64,000 nucleotides of DNA from Raillietiella orientalis (Eukaryota), in contig JAYWIR010000050.1 of NCBI GenBank assembly GCA_036172245.1, positions 496,001 to 560,000 of the forward strand. The letters run 5' to 3'. Of this stretch, positions 1 to 11,041 are shown in pieces. The translations under genes and the position numbers were made by a program. Under the pieces are notes generated by a model. The model made no database searches. It saw nothing but the letters and a program-made list of their open reading frames with translations, and was not told the DNA's origin. How positions within the stretch are numbered: the stretch's first letter is position 1; the number at the start of each line of letters is the position of its first letter.

Positions 1-3000
1 AGCTAAAAAACGGCTTACCCGACCCGCCTTTACGCGAGCAGCACCACAGCGCCGGGAGTCGGTGTGTCGTCGTAGACACCGAAAATAAAAAGTACCGTGA
101 CGGAAGACAACGCAATCAAACTGCTTCGGTACTCGTCGGTAATTCGTTCCGGAACTCGTGACGAATGCTGAAACCGACCAGTGCTGAACAAGTTCCTTTC
201 TGGACTTCGTAGTAATATTCTTAAGCATTTTTAAGACACAAAATTGACACTTGAAACGCACAGAAATCACAAAAAAGGAACGATTCGGGAGGCACTCTAT
301 CGAAGTGTTCGGCACTGTCCGCAAACTACCATAAGGCGAAAGAGTGTTTCATGTTCAACTTGCTTCATCATGAGAGTGGCGCGTCGAGTTCGAGCATGCG
401 CCGAGTATCGAAGCATTTTTTTCTCATCGAAATGACACGAGTACTGAGTTTGACGAGTTCTGAGACCGTCGAGTACCGAGGTACCACTGGAACGCCCGCC
501 AGCGTATGGGAGAGTCTCATTTCCAGGATAAATGAAGCCGAAATCTTACAGGGAGAGAATCAGACTGCATCCTTTTGTTAAGGAGCTACTCTCAAGCCAA
601 ACAACGAGTATCCACTGATAATTCCAGCAGATCCAGTTTTCAAGAATTATTTAAATTTTCGAATAATTCGTGTTTTTTGTTTTTTTAAATTACATTTAGT
701 ATTTTTCGAGACTCGAAAGTTAGCACGTTTGTAAATTTTCGAATTCAATGACATACATGTACACAAATTTCGTTTTTGATTTGCCGTTTTGAAGGAAATG
801 AGTGGCACGATTAGAAAAGCAGACGTCTTCAAATGGCATCAAAAAACCTACCTAACTACTTTCCAGATGATTTTTAGGAAGCACTAGCTTCTTCGTCCTT
901 ACAGAAATGAGCAAACCATTTATCACTTCAGCTGGAAGAAACAAATCATTCTTCTAATTTATTACTTACTAGGTTTAGAATGTTGATTGTACAAAAGAGG
1001 GGACCGGCCTTTCTTGAATATCAACACTGAGAACTCTGAGCTCTGAATCGTTAAGCTAATTGATGATTCTTGGTAGAGTACTTTCTTGTTAAAGAAGACA
1101 CGAATCCAACGGACACTTGGAAATGTTCTTTTATTCACATTATAGAAAGATATTACGGGTATTCTCGGTGTCTGCCGGTAAACAATTTTAATCAATCCAA
1201 AATCTGATTTTCCATGCCGAGCAAGGGGTAGGCACTGTGGGCGAGAGATCCACTGCGGAGCGCTAACGAGTTTCGGCGGCAAGAAAAACCTTTTTGAGTT
1301 GGAGTGACGAATGCTGTAAGTGGGATCCTCCTTGGTTGCATGTTGCCGTAATTATTAGTGGAATGGAATTCTCGGTTTGATCTCACGGAATCCAGAGTGT
1401 ATCTGACGTTTATGTAGCAAATCCGCGAATAGAGTTTAACCTGCTTTTTACACGCAGCGGCGCAAATTCGGTTATTGTTCTTTGTTTAAATGCAGTTTTT
1501 GTGGGAGCACATGTAAATATGTTTGAATGGCGTAAGTGGAAATTCGTATACGTGCACTTTTATTCGTGTAAGGTATCTTGAATACTGCTTTAAGTTGCTT
1601 AAACCCGTTGTAATTTTTTAAAGTTGAACCGAGGTTATTGGACTAATTTTCGTTGCATTAGTTTCAGTACTGTACCCATCCACAATTACCAGGCAAATCA
1701 GCTCCATGTTAGTGAACAGTGAAAGGATTTTAATCTTGTGATTAACGAATCGCAAAGTATAATTGCAAAGGCTTTTTAGAATAGTAAAATTGTAGGATTT
1801 GTAATCAACTGGATCAGTAAACCAACATTATGGGCAAGCATTTCTGGATTGCAACGTCCCAGTATCCCCATGGTGAATTCTTCATTGAGGTTGAATTTTG
1901 TGTATTTGTTATTTTGCAGGAGTTGTAAATTAGAATATTGCTTTGCAGGTTCAATGAAATATCTTCACAAGATGAAAATAAGGAACCCATCTAAGAGAGT
2001 GACTGCTCACACCGAGGCAGGTGGTGTACTGCATCCAATGATTGCATCTTTCAGACATGAAGGCAGGTGGTTTCGTGCATTTTGCGGAAATTCAAGGAAA
2101 AATTATTTTAGCCAATGGTATTTTAAGGAATTTAAGAAACCAGCTGAGTGGATTCGTAACTGATATTGACAACCTCGTACAGAGTGAAATTTCTGTAATT
2201 CCTGATGATGATCTTCAGCTTACAGCTGAAGAGTGGTGCAAGAAGGTGCTATATATTTGCATATCAGTCTCCTTTCATTATGAATCTTAGTATCATGGGA
2301 CTAGTGATTCTTCTGCTGCCATCAAGCAAACAAGATCCTGGCGGTTGTGTGATAGCATCAGCCAGAGAGTGCAACATACGTGTGTCCATAATGGGAAATG
2401 TCACATTCCAGAATCCCATCATAAAAAAGTAGGTTCTTTTTTCATTCAGATTGATAACTTGCCCAGCAGACAGAGAAGGCAGAAAGGCAAGTATTTACTC
2501 CATATATCAGACCACTGGCTTTAATAGCACCAAAATTCGATGTGGGCAAACCAATTCCTGCAAGCAAGGTTCGCACAGCCAAACCTGATGAGCTGCTGGT
2601 ATCCTTGTCAGGTAGCCCTGTTCAGCCCTATTTAGTGAGTGAAACAGTACGAGCTTGCCAGCTGATTACTTTAAATCCAGGCTTGTTTAGCTCCTTTGGA
2701 AGATTTGGCGCAAAATGTGCATCATGCTGCACATAGTCTGAAGCATATCAAAAGGAATCTTCTCATCCCCTCAGAAGAAAGCCATTTTATTTGAACATCC
2801 CTGAGTTCCATGTGAAAATGGATATGTGCTTCAGGGGACTCAAGACTTGCAGACCTTTGATATTTTCACGTACACATACTTGTGGCTATTGATGCCAATT
2901 TGGAACATTAGTGTGTGTTGCAGTTGAGATTGTATTCTGAAGTCTATGAGCACTTCTTGGGTGCTTTTTTCAAGCTGTAAAATTCATGCTTTGCGCATAG

Positions 3001-5939
3001 CAATGTAAACTTGGTGCTAATGTCTTTAATCTGGATCCAGATTCACTGTGATAACGTGTTTAAGGAAAATAGCAATCCAGTTAAGCGAGTGAGCCATTTA
3101 TTCAATTGCAGTCATCATCATTGTGACCCTCATCAATTTGCATGCAACAGCCTGACCTTTTTTTAACCATTAACTTTGGATGTATTTTGGATTTGATTGG
3201 AAGCTCTAGCCATTTTAATCCTACTTGAGTCCCTTTGTCTTTGAGATTTCAGAGGTGTGAAAGTGCCTGTATCTTGCAGCTCTTGATTTGGTTGAAAAGC
3301 TAACCATGCAGAAGGAAGCTTGTGTGTGGGTTAGTCAAATGAGAATTTGAGTCAGTTCATGACCCACCAGAAGCATTGCTGCAGCAAGTCTTCCACATAT
3401 GGCAACAAGCTGTAGCCATTATTTGTGTGAATTTTGCTTTATGATCCCCATTATGCAGCACATTATGCAACATTCAGTCTTCTGATTTCACTCCTCGTCC
3501 TTATTTCATTGTGGTACATTTTTCCATTTCATTGTCTTTTTTTTCATGACTTGCAAGTGCCTTGATATCAAATAATATAAGCAAATGTGCTATGCTAAAG
3601 ATTAACGTTTGTCTCATCGCAAGTTTCTCCGAAATGTGTTCTAGTCCCCTGAGCTTGATGTCATTTAATTAATGCAGGAACTCTGTACGTTCGTTTGTTT
3701 GCTTTTTAGCGGCTTTGGTAGCGATGTTATCGCTTGAAGCCCATCGTTGCTTCCACAGTGGTTTATCAATTCATGCTACATATTGTAATCTTGATCCTGC
3801 GGGATGCTTTTCCTTGGATGACCCATATGGTCTCCTTGGGCGTGAGAATTCCAAAAGCCTCCTGAAGGTGCTCGTCAGTTGCCTAGAAACAAACAGTAAT
3901 CTGAGGCATGTCAGTAGTTTCCAGACACAGTGAGTGGTGCCACCCCATTGCTTTCTCTGCAAATGAAGAAGCGCTCATTTTCAAAATCAAGTTTTCTGAT
4001 TTCATATCCTCTTTTCAGTTATTTCAGCCATGCGAATTACTTATCTGTTCATATTCCCGAAAGGCTGCTGCTGCCATTTCGGGAATCGTTATTCGATTTT
4101 TGGATGTGGCCGAGGCGACCAGATCTAACTTTCTATACATAGAAGTGCGGCAGCGCGCGAGCTGATGCTAAAAGACACGCACGTTCGGTAATTGGTGCTC
4201 ATGTCGAAGTCGTTACTGCACGTTCCTGGGAGGGTGCCTTGTTCAAAACGGGCAACTTGTGACCTGTATCCCGGTGCCCGCGGGACTTCAAATTGGGATT
4301 TCTTCTCTTGCCATGAGGCCAGCGTATGCATATCTAGCGGTTCACACATTTGGAAGTAAGGTGCGAAAAAAACATCGCGAGTGACTTGTTATGCAAGAAC
4401 TTCTGGCCACGCAGAAGGGTTTGCCGATGTTGGCTTTCGGGGGGGTCGAAAGTAGAAAAGATCTACAAGGAGATGCCGGAGTGCGTGAACTTTGTGTGAG
4501 GAATTCGTGAACCTTTTTCCTTCTGGGATTTATAACGAGGCGAAGTGCTCCGACACTTTCAGGAAGCAGCGAAGGTTCGGTTATGCTCAGCAATTTTTCT
4601 CCATAACGGCACTTTGGCAAGCCGTTTGCTTGGTGTTCTCCGAATCCGTTGCAGCTACGGAGAACAAACCAAAAAAAAGTGCAAAATGGTGAGGCATTCT
4701 GCCGCAAGCAGTTCCAAAATGTTGCTGGTGAAGTTCGAGGCGTGTGCTTCTCCAGAACTGCCACCTTGAGGGTCACGGCGCCATGTATGCAAGCACCGAG
4801 CCACTTGCTCAACATCTCGAGCCAACTAAGCTCGAAGTGAGGGGGGGGGGGGGGTTGAAGAGAAAAAATGCCTTGCACGAGCCGTTCAGACCGTGAACCC
4901 AGGAAAAGTTGATTTGCTCGGAACTTGGTTTGTCCTTCAAAGCTGCATCCTGAGGGTTTGACCGGATGGCGCCTGATTGGCTCGACTCTCAGAAGCACAG
5001 GTATTTCGTCTTCTTCGGCACTTGATGAGAAAAGGGAAATCACAGCGCAGGCCCAGTGGGCCGCTTTTATTCGACGAGTGGAATAAGTGTTTTTGACAAT
5101 TCACTTCAGAGACTGAGGACACTACAAAGGGAGAGGACTTGTTCGAAGAAATGGAATTGGTACCGCAGCTTCAGGTGTTGGGATCTTGGAAGTCGCTGTT
5201 GATCGGATTCGTGAGTTTCGACTTTTCCTACAGCAGCTCTTCCCGGGCAGCACGCTGTTTCCATCGCCCACGACCTTTGAATGAAATGGAAGACCTTTGA
5301 ATTTAAGCTACGCTGCTGTGGCTCCCAAGCCATGCGCTTGGTAGAAATGGAAAAGGCCAAGTTAATTTTTCTACTCCAAGGTAAGTGTTTTTGTTAAACT
5401 GATAGGTTAGGAGTCGGAAGCTTTTTAGGAAATAGTAGTAACGGAAGTGCTAGTCATTTAAAGTAAGGATTAGTAGGAGATTAAGTTGTCCTCTACGGTG
5501 TCGAAGCGCGACGCATGCCCCCCATCTGTACCATTAGCGAGTGACGCAGCCGTGCATTCCAAGGTTAAGGTTAACGTTGTGCTTCGCTTAGGACGGAACC
5601 GCCCATCCACCTGGGAGGGCAGCTAGCGCGCGCGTCTTTCCCCATCTTCCTCCGAAAGCAGTCTCCGAGTGAGTAACGCTTCCTCCGTACCCAACCCAAA
5701 GCGCTCCAACGGGGAAGTGGGGCCAGAAATCTCTTCCGGTCACGCTGGAACGTTTGCTTAATGCAAAAGAGAAACCGGTTGGGAACTGGGGAAAAAGACG
5801 AAGACAAAGGAAGCTACAGGGGAGGGTCCACTGACACGCAGGGCGGGACACCTGCAAGTTGGGAACGGAAGGGAGGGGACAGGAAGTGAAGAACAGAATA
5901 GGAACGGTGGGAGGCGAGTCTGGTTAGTCCCGCTCCTTC

Positions 5940-7050
5940 TAAAATGGAAGAAACTAGAAAATGTCCGGGACGAGTGAAAGAGAACAATAAACGAATAAAT
6001 AAATAAGGGGAAGGTGGGGACAGGGGTTACCAGTCTCGGCCTTTCCTTCCTGACGTGAAGACGGCTGCCATACGGGTGACCTCCCTTCACTGCGCCTGCG
6101 TCTCCAGCGCGTGGCGGGCCGGGACGACGGCGTGGACGCAACGCATCGTCGCTATCGCTACGCCAGTCAAAGAGTCCGCCGCGAGCGAGGAACAGCAGCA
6201 GCAGGTCACGGTGGGGTGCAGGAGCGCTGATGCCAGCCTCCGCCACAGCTCTCGAAGGTCACCGCGGTCTGAAAGACGGCGCAGTTCGGTGCAGTAGATC
6301 CCGCCGCACCTGGCGCAGTTCCGGAATGCAATCTCCCCCGGAGACGATACGCCAACTCTGATTGCACCGACGTGCTGCCAGCGCAGAAACGGCACCACCT
6401 CATGCTGCCGCTTTAGCGGAAACACAGGTGCTCCAGCGCAAGGGAGGGACCACGAGTTAACCGGGGGACGCACTCAACAGCTGGCTCCACTCGAAGGAGT
6501 GCTTTCGCTCGCTGACGGAGGAGTGGCGGCATCCTCCACATCGCGGGTCTTCCAGCAGCTCAGGGGGTTCCCCCTCCCGCAATGGCGCGAGAGAGCTCCT
6601 GTCCCGCAGGCAGGCAACGGAATTGCGGCTAGAGATGTGGCGGCCAAAATCCTCGTCCATTCCCAACTTCTTCAGGTCCCGCAGCATCTCTCCAGCAGGG
6701 GACGCTGGGCGCATTCCTTGGCACGCAGCCTGGGACATGGCAGCATCCTGCCTCGAAGCAGTGGTGTTCAGAGAGCGACAAGAGATCCACGGATGGGTTT
6801 CCAGGGGGCAGACGAGTTGCTCCAAAGGAAAGCCAAGTCTCCGCTTTCGGTACCAGAAGCGCGGCAGCAGAGATAGGAGTTCTTCGCTGCCGGCGCAGCG
6901 CCGAGGGATGAAACGTGCTGTCGCACAAAACGGAAAAGTCCAAGCTTGGAGTCTGCAGCCCGACTGCCTCCAGTGTCGGGATGACGGCTTAGGCGTCCCG
7001 ACGTAGAGCCACCAAGAGTGTTCGAGGCGAATCCTGGACCTCGCAGGTCC
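5940..7050 (-). mobile_element. Decayed Tx1/L1-like non-LTR retrotransposon, ORF2 3' fragment
   Basis: HPWISCR motif, RWQ..NCARCGG zinc-finger remnant and pyrimidine-rich tail, all shared with other copies in the window. Confidence 0.6.
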
Positions 7051-7224
7051 TCAGGGGGGATTCCTCAGCAGGCATGAAACCCACGGCATCGCTTTCGGAC
7101 GAAGAAAATCCTTCTTCGCTGTTATTCCTTTCAGCTTTTTTTTTTTTTTGGATTCGCTGAGTACTTCAAGAACCAGAGGCCCACGCAGCTCTTTGAGGCT
7201 GTTCCCCACCCCACCCGATGGTAC

Positions 7225-7810
7225 GTGTTAATTCTTCAAGATAACGGGGGGGACCGCGTCTCACGCCTGGAGAGGGATCCCGAAGGGAACCTCCCAACCC
7301 TGGTTGTCTCCGAAGGGAACCCGGAAGATAATCCTCCTTCGTTACTCTCTCTGGAGGGACCCCCAAAGGGGTGCGCTCCATGTCTTATTCTCCGCAAAGA
7401 ACCTGCAAGGGAACCGCTCCTGTTTACTCCTCTGAAGGGAACCCCGAAGGGACGCTTCCGAAATTCAGAAGGGCACTCCCCGAGCAGCACTCTTCTCTGG
7501 AACTCTAGAGATGTGGCGACACACCTACTCTACGGAGGGGTCCTTCCCCCCGAAGAGTGGGTCTGTTCCTTTGCACAATTGGAGGGGAACCCCCACTCCT
7601 TGATTCCTGGAAGGACCCAGAGGTCGACTCCCATTGTTTGGCACCTCGTTGGGGGCATTCATTTTGAACCACTACTGGGCGCCGCCACCGGAAGTAGGCC
7701 GAGCAGCGTCATCTCGCGGGTGGGACTGGAACCCACGACTCGCACAAATTCTTTGCATCTTACCGAGTATTCGAACCCGCAACGCCAGGTGGCACATGCG
7801 GAGACCATAA
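7225..7810 (+). repeat. Diverged repeat with an inverted copy at ~41335-42025; contains short periodic GAAGGGAACC-like units
   Basis: Shared blocks ATTCTTCAAGATA, ACCCTGGTTGTCTCC, TTGATTCCTGGAAGGACCC..GGTCGACTCCCATTGT and TATTCGAA.CCGC.ACGC. Confidence 0.65.
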
Positions 7811-10800
7811 CCACATGGTCTCCGACGCGGGCCAAAGGAAAAAAGAGGTGGACAAAGAAAAAACCGGGTCGGGGGAAGAAGGGAGCCACGAAGTTCTCCA
7901 TTGCAATCCGTTCCAGCAAGTTGAATTTGGCCTTGGGGGAATGGGCTGAGAGCCCAACTCAGCCCTCTGAAGGCAGTCCGGCCACTCGGCAGAGCCGAAC
8001 CAACGGAACAAGGCAACCTGAAATGACCCCCCCAGGCTGATTTAGTCGGACCTCCCGGGGATCGCGAGGGCTGCGCACCCGCACTACTCGAATGACCACG
8101 CTCTCGAGTCCTGTTGATGCTCCCGCCCGCTCTCCGGCAGATCAGCTCGAAAAAGTTCTCGAGCCTGGCCGCTGGGGTAAGCAGGGGCAACAGAGGAAGT
8201 GTCCCGTTCGCTGTTCGATGATGGGGATTTACCCCGAGGGCGAGGCGCGAGCTGGTGTGATCCCTTCGGGGTGAGGGATCCGGTGCCACTTCCTTCATCC
8301 GGGCCAGCGCTTCCGACGAGCGCGCAGAGGTGATGCACTCTACGCCCAGTCGTTCCTCTCCCACTTCCAGAATCCCCCCCGGGCCGCCTGGTTCTCTTCA
8401 ACAAATTCCTCGAGCCGCCGGACAGTCTCGCTCGCTCCGCTTTCATGACGTGCTGGTTCGAGATGGGGGCGGCACCTCACTGAGCGAGAACGTGCGAGGG
8501 AGCAGCAGTGCAGCTCGTCTCCTCCCGCGCCGTGCATGCGCGACAAATCCCGCGGCCAAGCTGTCCGCCGGAATCGCAAAAATGGCGGTGGGCTGCACGC
8601 ACCCGGAAGAAAAGAAAGCAGCGCGCATCCGAGGACAGCGAGTGGGGTTTACACCCGAGGGCGCGGACGGCGGCGATGCGGAATCGCTTCTCTCCCTGCA
8701 CCCATGGCGACGAGGACGCCCGGACGGCTTCCCCCGCGGGAACGGGACGATGGGAGAGCTCGCAGGCATTTACAACCAGGTGCGCCTGCGACCCTCCCCC
8801 CCCTCCCACCATCGCAGTGCTGCCTTTTTGTTCCCTGTTTGCTCGTCGGCCCGCTCCCGGTGCCAAGCCGCTGGGACTTGCGAGCCGGAATCTTGCCGCG
8901 CGTCACCGACTGTGGTCCTACGTGACCCGGGGCCTCCTTACGACGTATCTTTGCCACGCGCGCTTTTCAACGAGCGCCCCCTCGGGGCGACCGGCTGCAT
9001 GGCTTTGCACGCGCAACTCTCGAATTTGCACCGCTCGCGCACAAGGGGGAGGGAGTGAGGGAATTTGACTGTCCCACGGTAGTAAGTGACGCCGGACCGA
9101 CCTCCTCGCCTTTCGTTGGCTCCATAGGGGGAGAGACGTGGACACCCCCGTGTTTTTCTGGCTTCAGAGGCTGTGGCGCCTTCCCGTGAGCAGTGGACAC
9201 TCGCCCGCCGCGCTCTCGGGTCGCACCTCCCTCGAAGTCGCTCTGCCGACCGCCGCGCCGTGTGGCGGGCGCCAGGACAGGAGTCGCGAGAGCCGCGACA
9301 CCTCGACGCGGGGGAGGGAAACGCGCGGAGCCTCTTCCCGACATCCGGGACCTCCCCGACGGCTTCTTCCTCTCCCGAAGACGCTTAGGGTCACGTGTCC
9401 AAGGACCCTTACGGGACAAGACGGTACGCATTCGACGGGGCGCCGGTAACGCCCCACGGCGACATTCTTGCAGCACCGGCGGGTCCCCGGAACTGCGATC
9501 GAAGATCAGCGGCGCCGGAGGATGGTGGTCCGGTCTTGCCAGCGCCATCGCGCCGCATCGGTCCCACCTGCCGGGTGCCCGGCCGCAAGCCGGGAACGCT
9601 TGAAGGCGTCCAAGCGGCGCAGTCCTCGAGACATGATGCTGAGAAAGGGAGGGGGGAGGGCGTCACCCGCCCGCGCGAAAGACACGCGGCAGGAGATCAG
9701 GCAGTTTCGGAGCCACGCTGCCCGCGTTGGCGGCCGCGTGGCGCTCAAAACACTGCAGGTTCGAATCCCCATCGGAGGGGGGGAGGAGGCGAAGCTGAGA
9801 AAAGGAGTGCGTCAGTTACCCCCCTTCCCTTCCACCCTGCAGGACGACGCTGGTTGACCACGGGTGGCTTCGGGTGAAGCACTTGCGGGACCTGGAATGC
9901 CCCTGTTGGCTGGGGCCGGGATCGCCTCTCCGGGGTCCATCCAGGACATCAGGGAGCCCCTGTGAGGGCGTAGCCGGTTGACTCCTCTCCGGAGCGCTGG
10001 AGCCGCTCCCTTCGGGGTTCCCTGGGAGAAAGCTCCGGGAGCCTCTCCCTCGCGGGTACCTTCCGGGATTTCCCCACTGAGCGCCAAAGAGGAACGGACC
10101 CTCCTTCCTCCAAAGATTCCCTAGGTCTATCTCCCACCCCCCACCCTTAAAAACAGGGAGAAGAGGAAGAACAAGGGCGTGTTCGCTGTTCGGCGGTGCC
10201 CCGCATTTCCGACTCTCCCGCCGAGGCCGTCCGCTCTGAGGTCGGTCGGTCGGCAAACCCCGCCCTGCCCGCCCGTGACATCACCTCGCGCGCTGACGGG
10301 CTCATTAAAAATGAAAGATGATGCATGCGAAATCGGATGCAAATGGATTCGCGGGGCATCGTGGTCGCTCCTGGCGGCAGTTGCGGGGGGTCCACGCACC
10401 AGAATCCACCCCTTCCGCGAAAACTCGTCTCGTCGGCGCGGCGCAAGGGGTGTTGGGATGGGGGGTGGGGTGGGAGGGGCAGAGACACCTCCGGGCTGCT
10501 TCCCCGCTCGATCCACAGAGGCGTGGAGAGGACTACACAATCACTGCGCTCTCATCCAGCCTCCGAGGAGCCTCAGCTGCAGCAGTTTGCCCCACGGCAA
10601 GCCAGACATGTGCTCCGCTCCCCCTCGAAATGCGTGGGAGGGGGCACTGCCTCCGCAGTCGCAAGGAGGGAGACCTTCCAGTCCTCCAATAGGAGGCCAG
10701 GGATCCGGGCGTTCCCGGGTCGGAAAACAACCAGCGCGACATTTGACGTTGGCAACGCGTCCCCCCCTCTTCCCCCCCTTCATTGATTCCAGGGCTCCCC

Positions 10801-10968
10801 GAAGGTGAAGGAGGGAAGGGAACGCGCGCACGTGACCTTCCCGGAGTGGCTGATTTGCACACTCAACACGAAAAGGGAGTCCGTGTCTTTTGCGGAGGAG
10901 AGCGCAGGAGCGACCCCGGGGCTCGGGGGGGATGCAGCGCCACAGCCTGCAGGACCGCCGACCTGCGG

Positions 10969-10977
10969 TATTTATAA
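10969..10977 (+). promoter_or_regulatory. TATA-like box of gene A (TATTTATAA)
   Basis: The only AT-rich patch in a GC-rich context, ~70 nt upstream of the ATG; conserved at the same place in B and C. Confidence 0.65.
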
Positions 10978-11041
10978 CGCGCCTCCTCCGCCGATCGTCG
11001 GTCTCTTTCGCTCGTTGTGTCTCCCCGGTCGCGCACTGACG

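Noticed and set aside
4342..5043. 233-aa minus-strand ORF
   Set aside because: No recognisable motif or splice support; likely chance or decayed repeat.
7260..7600. Periodic GAAGGGAACC units as a CRISPR-like array
   Set aside because: Units are short and degenerate, the context is eukaryotic, and there are no cas genes.
9728..9768. Perfect Pol III B-box GGTTCGAATCC with an A-box-like TGGC..GTGG upstream; similar T-arm-like motif at 7715-7741(-)
   Set aside because: Spacing is too short and no cloverleaf can be folded; not called tRNA or SINE.
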